Origin: Pseudorhodobacter sp.
GTDB lineage: Bacteria; Pseudomonadota; Alphaproteobacteria; Rhodobacterales; Rhodobacteraceae
Reading direction: 5' to 3'
DNA length: 58,179 bases
NCBI RefSeq assembly: GCF_030452865.1
Contig: NZ_JAKDLJ010000001.1
Coordinates: forward strand, 1-58,179
The notes below the pieces were generated by a model. The model saw only the letters and a program-made list of their open reading frames with translations. It searched no databases and was not told the origin of the DNA. A program made the position numbers and the translations under genes. How positions within the stretch are numbered: position 1 is the stretch's first letter; each line of letters opens with the position of its first letter. This document shows, piece after piece, positions 9,458 through 18,621 of the stretch.

Positions 9458-10917
9458 GGGTTGGCCTCCGGGGTGGATCCGGGCGCTGCAAGGGCAGCCA
9501 AAGCCGCATTGAGGTTGCTTTCGGCGTCGATCAAGAAGGTGGCAGAGCTCACCACTACGTCGCCCGCGCTCACGCCGCTGACGATCTCGATCATGCCGCC
9601 GCCCTTGCGCCCTACGGTCACTGGTTCAGGCCGGAACCGCCCTTCGCCCAAATCAAGGATCACCACCTGTCTGTCGCCGGTGTCGATCACAGCACCCTCT
9701 GGTACCTGCACCACGGGTGCGCCGCCGAGCATGATTTCGACTTCGGCGAACATGTTGGCGCGTAGGCGCCCGTCCGGGTTCGGCAATTCAATCCGCAGCT
9801 TTCCGGTGCGGGTCATCATATCGATTTCGGGGTAAATGGTGTCGATACGGCCCGAAATCGGGCCAACTGTGAGGCCACGAAAGCTCACCCGAACCCCTGT
9901 TCCTACTGCAATCTCCATAAGCGCCGCTTCAGGCACTTCGGCGATCACCCAGACGGTCGAGGTGTCAGCGATGCGGAACAGGGTATCGCCCGCTTCCGAC
10001 ATCATGCCTTCGACCGCCATCCGCTCCAGCACCACGCCGCTGCGCGGGGCCATGATCGGAATACTCACCGTCGTCTGGCCCTCGGTCGCGATGCGGTCGA
10101 TCACCTCTCCCGGCACGCCGAGGTTTTCCAGTCGTTGCCGTGCGCCCTCCCTTAGCCGCCCTTCCGACCGCACGTCGGTCAGAAACTGTGCAAGAGCGGC
10201 AGCGATCTCGGGTGAATAGAGCGTCACGAGCGGTGCACCTTCGGCGATCGTGCTGCCCGTAGTCACATCGGCAACCGTTTCTATGAAGGCGTCTGCGCGC
10301 AGCGAGATGACACTGATCCGGCGTTCGTCTAGTTCCACGATTCCCGGCGCGCGCAATGTGGCCGCCAGGGGCGCCAAGACTGCCTCGGCAGTTCGCACGC
10401 CGGTGCGCTGCAACTTGCCGGGGCTGACGGTGACCGACCCATCGTCACTGTCTCCGCCCTCATAGACGGGAATGTAATCCATCCCCATTGAGTCCTGCTT
10501 CGGTACTGGCGAGGTGTCTGGCAGGCCCATCGGGTTGCGGTAGTAGAGGATGGTCCGCTCACCTGTTTCCGCCATCGCCATTTCTGAACTGGGCTCGGGC
10601 GCAGGGCCCAGCGAGAGATCCTCGCTGGCGAGAACAGGCAGGAAGGCCCGCCCATCTTCCGTTTGCCGCTCGGATACCGACCATTCGGGCAACCCATCCG
10701 GGTGCCTCCAGTAGATCACCGGGCCGGTCGGCTCTGCTTCAGGGGCGTCAGCACCCGGCATGGCGACTGCGTCATTGCCCATCAACACGGCAATCTGCAT
10801 CTCGGCCATGCCCATCAGGCTGGCCACGGTGATCCCCTTTTCGCCAGCGGTCAGCCCGATCCATCCGGCACTGCCTGCAACAAGGACTGCGGCAGTCAAC
10901 TTGCCAACCGCGCTCAT
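9454..10917 (-). CDS. cusB: CusB-like RND periplasmic adaptor
   Basis: YYRNPMG..DSMGMDYIPVY metal-binding domain, LYSPE, FLIDAESNL; coupled to cusA. Confidence 0.9.
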   Translation of the reverse strand: MSAVGKLTAAVLVAGSAGWIGLTAGEKGITVASLMGMAEMQIAVLMGNDAVAMPGADAPEAEPTGPVIYWRHPDGLPEWSVSERQTEDGRAFLPVLASEDLSLGPAPEPSSEMAMAETGERTILYYRNPMGLPDTSPVPKQDSMGMDYIPVYEGGDSDDGSVTVSPGKLQRTGVRTAEAVLAPLAATLRAPGIVELDERRISVISLRADAFIETVADVTTGSTIAEGAPLVTLYSPEIAAALAQFLTDVRSEGRLREGARQRLENLGVPGEVIDRIATEGQTTVSIPIMAPRSGVVLERMAVEGMMSEAGDTLFRIADTSTVWVIAEVPEAALMEIAVGTGVRVSFRGLTVGPISGRIDTIYPEIDMMTRTGKLRIELPNPDGRLRANMFAEVEIMLGGAPVVQVPEGAVIDTGDRQVVILDLGEGRFRPEPVTVGRKGGGMIEIVSGVSAGDVVVSSATFLIDAESNLNAALAALAAPGSTPEANP

Positions 10918-11309
10918 GGCTCGGCTCGCAATTCCAGTTCTGCCTTCACGGTTTCCGGTTCACCCTGCACCTTGGCCGCCACCGAAAACCGCCATCCCCC
11001 CGCCATGGTGAGATCCGTGCTGAACAGGTAAGTGCCCGGGCCTTCGGCCGGCAATGCGGTGACAGCGGAGGTCATCGCCTCCATCCCGTCGGGGGCCATG
11101 TCCATGCGCGTGGCATAAATGACCGCGCCCTCGACCGGCTGGCCGGTGCGAAGATCGGTCAGACGAAGTTCAATCGTCACCCCAGATCCGACTCGATGGT
11201 CGGTCGAGACGACTTCGAAACGGTAGTCGTCGGCACCTGCCCAGAGGGCAGATGCGCCGATGAGAAGTGCCAGAACGGAGCCGCAAATGCGGCGGAACAT
11301 GCTTGTCAT
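10914..11309 (-). CDS. FixH/YtkA-like periplasmic protein
   Basis: Signal peptide; RMDMAPDGMEAM, GTY.F...LTMAGGW motif. Confidence 0.75.
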   Translation of the reverse strand: MTSMFRRICGSVLALLIGASALWAGADDYRFEVVSTDHRVGSGVTIELRLTDLRTGQPVEGAVIYATRMDMAPDGMEAMTSAVTALPAEGPGTYLFSTDLTMAGGWRFSVAAKVQGEPETVKAELELRAEP

Positions 11310-11404
11310 GAGGAAGACCCTTTGATTGCAACGATCGCGCACCCGCGAAGCCAACTGGCGCAGGTGCAAACGGCATCATCCGCGCGCTGACGCACGCGGC
11401 AGGG

Positions 11405-11728
11405 TCAAATGCGGGGAGGTCGCCTCAAGCCATCCGGCGGAAGCCCGGATGGAGGATGCCGGTCAGGAAGCATCAGGACAGCAGCAGATGCCTCCTCGGT
11501 AACGGACAGCCCTGGGACTTGTACCAGAGCGAGCATTGTCATTCCGCCACGCGCCATCATTTCGCAGGCGACGCCGCATGCCGTGTCCTCAGGGCAATCG
11601 CCTTCGCAGCACGGGTCGGCAGCTGCCGCAATCTCCGCTGCAAGTCCGGCCGATACCTCACTGACTGCGGCCCCGAACAGGGACACAGCCAAAAGCACTG
11701 CTAAAAGGGGTCGGACCATCCACGACAT
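11405..11728 (-). CDS. CutF/CruR(DUF2946)-like leader peptide upstream of the cus operon
   Basis: Signal peptide, CCEGDC..CGVAC cluster, C-terminal PPDGLRRPPRI*; start 11728 or 11719. Confidence 0.65.
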   Translation of the reverse strand: MSWMVRPLLAVLLAVSLFGAAVSEVSAGLAAEIAAAADPCCEGDCPEDTACGVACEMMARGGMTMLALVQVPGLSVTEEASAAVLMLPDRHPPSGLPPDGLRRPPRI

Positions 11729-11865
11729 CCAGAATGCATGACATGAGAAGAAAAATTCGGCAACGCACATCCGGTTGAACGGAGTACCGTTGATGCTCGA
11801 GCGGCCCGGGGCGGCGTTTTCGGAAAAGGCGGTGCTGGCTTAAATGGCGAGTGTTGCGGGTGCGG

Positions 11866-12306
11866 TTATTGCGTCGCCTCTATCTCCGGATGCCGATGAT
11901 CGGTCGCGCAAAGCGAATGGTCGCCCAGAACTTCGATAACGCGGCAATCGGCGATCTTGCCGCCTGCACATTGCACGACCATTCGTTCAAGTTCGGCCTT
12001 CAGCGCTGTCAATCGCGCAAGGCGGCTTTCAACCTCTGCCAGCTGAGCCTTCGCGATGGCATCGGCAGCAGCGCAGGACTGATCCGGTCGGTCCGACAGG
12101 CTCAGCAGGTCGCGGATCGCTTCGAGCGTGAAGCCCAGATCGCGGGCGTGCCGGATGAAGGCCAGACGCTCCATCGCTTTGCGGCTGTAGAGTCTCTGGT
12201 TGCCCGCGCTGCGCTCGGCTTCGGGAAGCAGGCCGATCTGCTCGTAATAGCGGATCGTCGGTACCTTCACCCCGGCGGCCTCGCCCAACTTTCCGATAGT
12301 CAGCAT
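11866..12306 (-). CDS. MerR family regulator (ZntR/CadR/PbrR-like, divalent type)
   Basis: MLTIGKL..TIRYYEQIGLL; three Cys (DQSC, QCAGG, ADC), typical of divalent-ion sensors. Confidence 0.9.
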   Translation of the reverse strand: MLTIGKLGEAAGVKVPTIRYYEQIGLLPEAERSAGNQRLYSRKAMERLAFIRHARDLGFTLEAIRDLLSLSDRPDQSCAAADAIAKAQLAEVESRLARLTALKAELERMVVQCAGGKIADCRVIEVLGDHSLCATDHRHPEIEATQ

Positions 12307-12316
12307 CAGATTCCCC

Positions 12317-12347
12317 TTGAAGCTATAGTTGCTAGAGACATTAGGTT
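12317..12347 (+). promoter_or_regulatory. MerR-type promoter/operator of the ATPase operon
   Basis: TTGAAG-19 bp-TAGGTT with dyad CTATAGTTGCTAGAG in the spacer. Confidence 0.8.
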
Positions 12348-12395
12348 GCTGATTCGATGAAAGCAACTGCCCGCTCAGCGGCAGGAGGAATGACG

Positions 12396-14708
12396 ATGTC
12401 GGAAGCTGCACGCGAAACATCCTGTGACTGGACGGTGACGGGCATGGACTGCGGGTCCTGCGCGACCAAGATCAAGGATGCGGTGACGCGCCTGCCGGGG
12501 GTAAGCGGCGTCGAGGTTGGCATCATGTCGGAACGCCTGCGCTTGACGCTGGATGAGGGACAAACCGGGCGGGACAAGATCGAGAAGACCGTCCGTGCGC
12601 TTGGCTATGAGATTGCGCCGCGCGCCGCCGGTGCGAAGAAGGACTTCGTTTTGCCGGGGGCTCAATCCGCACCTGAGCAGAGCGACATGCATCAAGATCA
12701 TGATCACTCCGCCCACGCTCCCGCTGGCCACGATCATTCTGGTCACGACCACGGCCCTAAGGCGGCCAGCACCAAGCGCGACGATAGCGGTCACGGCAGC
12801 CCCGGCCACGTTCATGACGACCCCGCCGACCGGGGCAAGCGCTGGTATCAGACCGCCAAGGGCAAGCTGGTCATCTTTACCGCCCTGCTGCTGGGTGCCG
12901 CCTGGGTCATCGAGTATCTTGCCCCCGAGATCGGTAAGTGGGCCTTCGTTGCCGCTTGCTTGATCGGCGTGGCCCCGGTAGCGCAGCGCGCCTTTGCGGC
13001 GCTGCGGATGGGACAGCCCTTCACCATCGAAAGCCTGATGACGATTGCCGCCGTCGGCGCGCTGTTCATCAACGCAGCGGAAGAGGCGGCACTGGTGGTG
13101 TTTCTGTTCGCCGTGGGCGAGGTGTTGGAAGGCGTGGCCGCCGGCAAGGCGCGAGACGGGATCCGGGCGCTGGCCAATCTTGTGCCGAAGACGGCGCAAC
13201 TCGTTACAGGTGACAGCACGCGCGAGGTTCCAGCCGCAAGCCTGTCTGTGGGCCAGACAGTCCTTGTCCGCCCCGGTGACCGGATTCCGGCCGATGGCGA
13301 GATCGTGGATGGCACTTCGGGCGTGGACGAAAGCCCGGTCACCGGGGAAAGCGTGCCCAAGACGCGCGGCCCCGGGGACGCGGTTTTTGCAGGCGCAATC
13401 AACACCGAGGCGGCCCTGCGGGTCAAAGTGACCAAAGGTCGCGAGGACAACACCATCGCCCGCATCATCCGTCTGGTTGAAGAGGCCGAAGAGGCGCGTG
13501 CCCCGACCGAACGCTTCATCGACCGGTTCAGCCGCTGGTACATGCCTGCCATCGTCGCCGTCGCGGCGCTGGTCATCGTGGTGCCACCGCTGGTCTTCGG
13601 CCAGCCCTGGGACACTTGGGTTTACCGCGGCCTTGCCCTCCTGCTGATCGGCTGCCCTTGTGCGCTGGTCATCTCGGTCCCCGCCTCCATCGCTTCGGCC
13701 ATGTCCACCGGGGCGCGGCGTGGGCTGTTGATGAAGGGCGGTGCCGTGATCGAAGCGGCGGCGAAGGTGGATGTTGTGACCTTCGACAAGACCGGGACGC
13801 TGACGCATGGTCGCCCGCAGGTGACGGATCTGGTGCCGTTCGGGACGACCACCGAAGCTGAACTTCTGGCCGTGGCGGCAGGCGTCGAGACCGGCTCGAG
13901 CCACCCGCTGGCGATTGCGATCCTGAACAAGGCCAAGGACGCTGGCGTTTCTGCGCTGCCCTCGCAAGACGCAAAGGCGCTGATGGGCAAGGGCGTTGTT
14001 GCAACCGTGGGCGGCGCTGCGGCCTATGTGGCCTCGCCCCGCTACGCGATGGAGCATGGCGGGCTGGATGGCCTTGGCCTTCGGCAGGCGACGATTTTTG
14101 AGGAGGACGGCAAGACCGCGGTCGCCGTGTTTCGCGAAAAGGCCCCGCTCGGTCTGATCGCCATGCGGGACGAGCCGCGTGCGGATGCGAAAGACGCGGT
14201 GCGCCAGTTGACAGCCATGGGGGTGACTGCGGTCATCCTGACCGGCGACAACCCGCGCACGGCCGCTGCGATCGCAGGAGGCCTCGGCCTGAAGTTCGAG
14301 GCCGACATGATGCCGGAGGACAAGCTTGCCTACATCCGCGAGATCGGAAGTAAAGGTGGCGTGATGATGATCGGCGACGGCATCAACGACGCCCCCGCGC
14401 TCAAACAGGCAAGCGTTGGTGTGGCGATGGGATCGGGCACTGATGTGGCGCTGGAAACGGCCGATGCGGCCATTCTTCGTGACCGGGTGACCGACATTCC
14501 CGCCACGATCCGTCTGTCGCGCGCAGCAATGGCCAACATCCGCCAGAATGTGACCATAGCGCTCGGGCTGAAAGCCGTCTTCCTCGTGACCTCGGTATTC
14601 GGTTTGACTGGCCTCTGGATCGCAATTCTCGCCGACACCGGTGCAACCGTGCTTGTGACGCTGAACGCCCTGCGTCTGCTGCGGTTCAACCCGGAACGCG
14701 AGGGCTGA
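12396..14708 (+). CDS. zntA: Zn/Cd/Pb-translocating P1B ATPase
   Basis: GMDCGSC HMA domain, His-rich linker, TGES, CPC, DKTGT, GDGIND, ADTG in last TM; AGGAGG RBS. Confidence 0.9.
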   Translation: MSEAARETSCDWTVTGMDCGSCATKIKDAVTRLPGVSGVEVGIMSERLRLTLDEGQTGRDKIEKTVRALGYEIAPRAAGAKKDFVLPGAQSAPEQSDMHQDHDHSAHAPAGHDHSGHDHGPKAASTKRDDSGHGSPGHVHDDPADRGKRWYQTAKGKLVIFTALLLGAAWVIEYLAPEIGKWAFVAACLIGVAPVAQRAFAALRMGQPFTIESLMTIAAVGALFINAAEEAALVVFLFAVGEVLEGVAAGKARDGIRALANLVPKTAQLVTGDSTREVPAASLSVGQTVLVRPGDRIPADGEIVDGTSGVDESPVTGESVPKTRGPGDAVFAGAINTEAALRVKVTKGREDNTIARIIRLVEEAEEARAPTERFIDRFSRWYMPAIVAVAALVIVVPPLVFGQPWDTWVYRGLALLLIGCPCALVISVPASIASAMSTGARRGLLMKGGAVIEAAAKVDVVTFDKTGTLTHGRPQVTDLVPFGTTTEAELLAVAAGVETGSSHPLAIAILNKAKDAGVSALPSQDAKALMGKGVVATVGGAAAYVASPRYAMEHGGLDGLGLRQATIFEEDGKTAVAVFREKAPLGLIAMRDEPRADAKDAVRQLTAMGVTAVILTGDNPRTAAAIAGGLGLKFEADMMPEDKLAYIREIGSKGGVMMIGDGINDAPALKQASVGVAMGSGTDVALETADAAILRDRVTDIPATIRLSRAAMANIRQNVTIALGLKAVFLVTSVFGLTGLWIAILADTGATVLVTLNALRLLRFNPEREG

Positions 14709-14712
14709 GCTG

Positions 14713-15336
14713 ATGATCTCCGGTTTTGGTTGGGCCGCGCTGGCCCTTCTTTTCGGCTATCTGGCGCTGTTCTTCTGGGGCAGCGCCATGGCAGCACAAG
14801 CGGCGGGGCGTCCGATCTGGCTGTTCGCGCGCGCCACCGGGCGCGATCGGCTGGCGGCAATCGGTTTCCGCGCGGCCTTTGCGCTGGCGTTTTTCGGGCC
14901 GCTCTTCTGGCTCGCCGTGGCCGGGTTCCACAAGGTCGACCTGCTCTGGACTGAGGGTCGCGCCGTCCTCCTTGGCCTGATCGGGGTCTTTGTCGCAGGG
15001 CTCGGCGCGATGGTGGCTTTTGCCGCGCAGATGTCGATGGGATCATCCTGGCGCGTCGGCGTGGTCGGCGGCGAAACCGGCGATCTGGTCTCCAGCGGGC
15101 TTTACCGTTTCAGCCGCAACCCAACCTTTGTGGGGCAAGCGGCACTGTTGGCAGGTGTTGCGATGGCGGTTCCCTCTCTGCCGACAGTCCTCGCCCCAGT
15201 CCTGTTTCTCTGGTCGGCCAGCACGCAAGTGCGGTCCGAAGAGGCCGCCCTGCGGATGGCAATCGGGCCGGACTATGATCGTTACGCCGCGTCGGTCCCA
15301 CGCTGGATCGGCATCAAGAGCAAGGCCGTAGAATGA
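14713..15336 (+). CDS. Isoprenylcysteine carboxyl methyltransferase (ICMT/PEMT) family membrane protein
   Basis: LVSSGLYRFSRNP, EE..L...G..Y..Y...VPRW. Confidence 0.8.
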   Translation: MISGFGWAALALLFGYLALFFWGSAMAAQAAGRPIWLFARATGRDRLAAIGFRAAFALAFFGPLFWLAVAGFHKVDLLWTEGRAVLLGLIGVFVAGLGAMVAFAAQMSMGSSWRVGVVGGETGDLVSSGLYRFSRNPTFVGQAALLAGVAMAVPSLPTVLAPVLFLWSASTQVRSEEAALRMAIGPDYDRYAASVPRWIGIKSKAVE

Positions 15337-15818
15337 CCAGGGTGATGCTGATTTCTCTGATTGCTGCCGCAGTGGTGGGAGACCAGTTGACCAAGACCGC
15401 AGCGCTGTCGCTGCTGTCGCAGGGGACTGCGGTCCCGGTCTTGCCGGGCTTCAACCTTTCCCTCGGGTTCAATACGGGCGCGAGCTTTGGCATGATGGGC
15501 GGGTTCATGGCAGGTAAGCCCCTCCTGATGGCGGCGCTGACGGGCGCGCTGACCTTCGCCTTCGCCGTCATGGCATTCCGGGCGCAAAATGCTTTGGAAA
15601 GGGCAGGCTTTGCATTGGTCGTGGGCGGGGCGCTTGGCAACATCATCGACCGGCTTCGGCAGGGTGCCGTGACTGATTTCCTTGATTTCTATTGGCGTGA
15701 CTGGCACTGGCCCACGTTCAACGTTGCGGATATCTGCATCACCTTGGGCGCGGTCCTGATCCTTTTCGCCTCGCTTCCCCTTCGCCGCCGCAAGGAGCCG
15801 GTTCTTGACCAAAGCTGA
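15333..15818 (+). CDS. lspA: Lipoprotein signal peptidase II
   Basis: DQLTK, NTGASFG, GALGNIIDR, VTDF, FNVAD. Confidence 0.95.
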   Translation: MTRVMLISLIAAAVVGDQLTKTAALSLLSQGTAVPVLPGFNLSLGFNTGASFGMMGGFMAGKPLLMAALTGALTFAFAVMAFRAQNALERAGFALVVGGALGNIIDRLRQGAVTDFLDFYWRDWHWPTFNVADICITLGAVLILFASLPLRRRKEPVLDQS

Positions 15819-15828
15819 TCCGCAATCC

Positions 15829-16243
15829 ATGTCGCGCGACGACCTTTCCTTGACTGCGGCCTTCCTGATCGCTCTGGCGGCCACGCTTGGTGCGCTCTTC
15901 ATCGGAGAGGTGCTGGGTCAGATGCCCTGCACGCTCTGCTGGTATCAGCGTATCGCCATGTTCCCCTTGGTGCCGATCCTTGGCCTGTCGCTCTGGCCGG
16001 GGGGACGCGATGGCGCGCACCTACGGCTTGCCGTTGACCCTCGCCGGGCTCGCACTTGCGGCATGGCATTCGGGCCTGTACGCAGGGATCCTGCCCGCGC
16101 CGATCGTGCCCTGCACTGAAAATGGCCCATCCTGCACCGGCGAGGCGCAGATGATCCTTGGCCTGCCGATCCCCTATCTTTCTGCGGTCGCCTTCGCGGC
16201 GATCCTTGCCTGTCTCATCCTGCCGAAAGGACACCGCCCATGA
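15829..16243 (+). pseudogene. dsbB: DsbB/BdbC-family disulfide oxidoreductase with a one-base frameshift near 15997-16004
   Basis: PCTLCWYQR in one frame and WH..PC....SC..LGLPIP in another; junction at CCGGGGGG; could be a sequencing error. Confidence 0.75.
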
Positions 16244-16899
16244 ACCGCCGCACCCTTATCCTTGGAGCCTCCGCACTTGGTGTTGCTGCCTTCGCGGGTG
16301 GCGCCTTCGTGCTGAAACAGCGCCGCGACGCCGAGGCAGAAGCGGTGGCCGCCGCCACGCCAACCGAGGATCAGGCCCTCTTGGTCCGTGACTACTCCCC
16401 CAGCTTCGGCCCCGCCGACGCACCATTCACTCTTGTCGAGTTCTTTGACCCTTCTTGCGAGGCCTGCCGTGCATACCACCCCGTGGTGCAGGAAATCCGG
16501 CGGCAGTTTCCGACGCAGGTCCGCGTCGTGCTGCGCTACACCGTTTTCCACGAAGGCTCGGACGAGGCTGTGCGCATCCTCGAGGCTGCGCGGATGCAAG
16601 ACAAGTTCGAGCCTGTCCTCGATGCACTTCTTGAGCAGCAGCCTGGCTGGGCTGTTCATGGCTCGCCTGAGATGGATGTGGCATGGGAGATTGCCGGGGC
16701 TGCGGGCCTTGATCCCGAAAAGGCCGAGACGGACCAGTTCTTCCCGGGGATCACTGGTATCCTGAATCAGGATGCGGCCGACGTGGAAGCCTTGGCTATC
16801 CGCCAAACGCCAACCTTCTTCCTTAATGGCAAACGGCTGGAGAATTTCAGTGCCGATAGCTTGATGGCCGATGTGCGGTTCGCAGTCGAGAATAGCTGA
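16240..16899 (+). CDS. DsbA/BdbD-like thioredoxin-fold protein
   Basis: EFFDPSCEAC, QTPTFF cis-Pro loop, N-terminal RR plus hydrophobic anchor. Confidence 0.85.
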   Translation: MNRRTLILGASALGVAAFAGGAFVLKQRRDAEAEAVAAATPTEDQALLVRDYSPSFGPADAPFTLVEFFDPSCEACRAYHPVVQEIRRQFPTQVRVVLRYTVFHEGSDEAVRILEAARMQDKFEPVLDALLEQQPGWAVHGSPEMDVAWEIAGAAGLDPEKAETDQFFPGITGILNQDAADVEALAIRQTPTFFLNGKRLENFSADSLMADVRFAVENS

Positions 16900-16905
16900 C
16901 GACCG

Positions 16906-17361
16906 TCAGGACCGGTTGGCGAAAGCCGAAAACAGAGCCAGTGTCCGTTCGCTGACATGGTGCTCGATGCCTTCGGCATCGCGTTCCGCCGTCTCGGCGT
17001 CAAGCCCGAGGCTAAGCAGGAACCGCAGCACGATCTCGTGCCGGTGCCTACATTCCTTGGCCAGCGCCCTGCCCTGTTCCGTCAGGAAGATTGAACGATA
17101 CTTGGCCCGGGTGATCAGGCCGTCGCGGGCGAGACGGTCCAGCGTCTTGGCCACCGTCGGCGCCGTGACACCCATTCGGGTAGCGATGTCGACCGGCCTC
17201 GCCTCGCCGTGGCTGTGGATCAGTTCGGCAATCAGCTCCACGTAATCTTCTGCCAGCTCGTTTCGCCGCGCTGCGCGCACGCCCTGAAATGCCTCCGCGC
17301 GCAAGTCGGGAGAGCGGTCGTCACTGGCAGCATGGAGAACTTCATGAGGATCATCGTGCAT
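16906..17361 (-). CDS. mntR: Manganese-responsive regulator (MntR/DtxR family)
   Basis: EDYVELI, HTH, RHRHEIV, DAEGIEHHVS. Confidence 0.9.
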   Translation of the reverse strand: MHDDPHEVLHAASDDRSPDLRAEAFQGVRAARRNELAEDYVELIAELIHSHGEARPVDIATRMGVTAPTVAKTLDRLARDGLITRAKYRSIFLTEQGRALAKECRHRHEIVLRFLLSLGLDAETAERDAEGIEHHVSERTLALFSAFANRS

Positions 17362-17388
17362 CGTGGTCACAGTCTCGCACGATCTGGG

Positions 17389-17432
17389 TTGACAGGTAAA
17401 CCCTGCGGGCAGATTGTTAGCCTTGTCTAACA
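17389..17432 (+). promoter_or_regulatory. Promoter with putative MntR box
   Basis: TTGACA at 17389; palindrome TGTTAG-N6-CTAACA at 17415-17432 between divergent mntR and the oxidase. Confidence 0.6.
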
Positions 17433-17475
17433 TTTCGCGCCAAGACTTTGGTGCCCAGTTCGGGAAGTCCCATCC

Positions 17476-18621
17476 ATGCCTGCCGACGAGAACACATCGG
17501 TTGATCCGTCACGGCGCGCCTTGCTCGTTGGGGGCTTGGCCGCCGCCGGTGGCGCAGCCGTTGCCGTCGGCACGGCACGGTCGCAAACAGCACCTGACCC
17601 GATGGCTGGACACGACATGTCTGCGATGTCGGCCGATCCCTACGCAGCACCGATGTCCGGCATGGCGCATGGCAACATGACAACGGTCGGGCGCGTCGAC
17701 CACGACGCGAACGGTTTCGATCCTTCGACAATGTTGACGGACTGGGATACTGGAACAACCGAGCTTCTGCCCGATGGCCGAACCCTGCGCACATTCGAAG
17801 TCACTGCCATCGACCGGGAGATCGAGATCGCCCCCGGTGTTCTCTTTCCGGCATGGACGTTCAACGGCCGCGTCCCTGGCCCGGCCCTGCGAGCCAAGGA
17901 AGGTGAGCGGCTTAAGATCATCTTCCGTAACCATGGCTCGCACCCGCATTCGATGCACTTCCACGGTATCCATTCGGCGCGGATGGACGGAGTTCCAGGG
18001 GCTGGGCTGATTGGTCCCGGGGAAGAGTTCATCTACGAGTTCGATGCCAAGCCTTTCGGCTGCCATCTCTACCACTGCCACGCGCTGCCGCTGAAGCGCC
18101 ACATGCACAAGGGTATGTACGGCCTCTTCGTGATCGACCCCGACCCAACCCGTCAATCCGACCCGGCGCTTTCCGCCGTTGCCGCCTCGCGTATGCTTGG
18201 CAGTCCCGAGAATGGCAACTGGCAGGAACTGGCGATGGTCATGAATGCCTTCGACACCAATTTCGACGGCGGCAACGAGGTTTATGCCGTCAACACGGTC
18301 GGCCAAGCCTACATGAACGTGCCGATCCGCATCGACAAGACACGGCCTGTGCGGGTCTATCTGGTAAACGTGACCGAGTTCGACCCGATCAACTCGTTCC
18401 ATCTACACGCGAATTTCTTCGATTACTTCGACACTGGAACGACACTGACGCCGACCCTGCGCACAGTCGACCTGATCATGCAGTGCCAGGCGCAGCGCGG
18501 CATTCTCGAGTTCAGCTTTGCCGACCACGAGGACGGGATGTACATGTTCCACGCGCATCAATCCGAATTCACCGAACTTGGCTGGGTGGGCATGTTCGAC
18601 GTGCGGGGGCCGGGCGCATGA
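17476..18621 (+). CDS. Tat-exported two-domain multicopper oxidase (type C-like)
   Basis: SRRALL Tat signal; HSMHFHG, YHCH..HMHKGM (T1 site in domain 1); FHLH, FHAH (no Cys in domain 2). Confidence 0.85.
   Translation: MPADENTSVDPSRRALLVGGLAAAGGAAVAVGTARSQTAPDPMAGHDMSAMSADPYAAPMSGMAHGNMTTVGRVDHDANGFDPSTMLTDWDTGTTELLPDGRTLRTFEVTAIDREIEIAPGVLFPAWTFNGRVPGPALRAKEGERLKIIFRNHGSHPHSMHFHGIHSARMDGVPGAGLIGPGEEFIYEFDAKPFGCHLYHCHALPLKRHMHKGMYGLFVIDPDPTRQSDPALSAVAASRMLGSPENGNWQELAMVMNAFDTNFDGGNEVYAVNTVGQAYMNVPIRIDKTRPVRVYLVNVTEFDPINSFHLHANFFDYFDTGTTLTPTLRTVDLIMQCQAQRGILEFSFADHEDGMYMFHAHQSEFTELGWVGMFDVRGPGA

Noticed and set aside
12375-14057. 560 aa antisense ORF and many similar long opposite-strand ORFs (e.g. 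27321-28472, 17509-18402, 35936-36922)
   Set aside because: Shadow frames of well-supported high-GC genes; no motifs or RBS
17476-18621. Copper nitrite reductase NirK
   Set aside because: Both domains keep HxH pairs for a trinuclear cluster (HFH/HCH, HLH/HAH), which fits a two-domain oxidase; no nor/nir context
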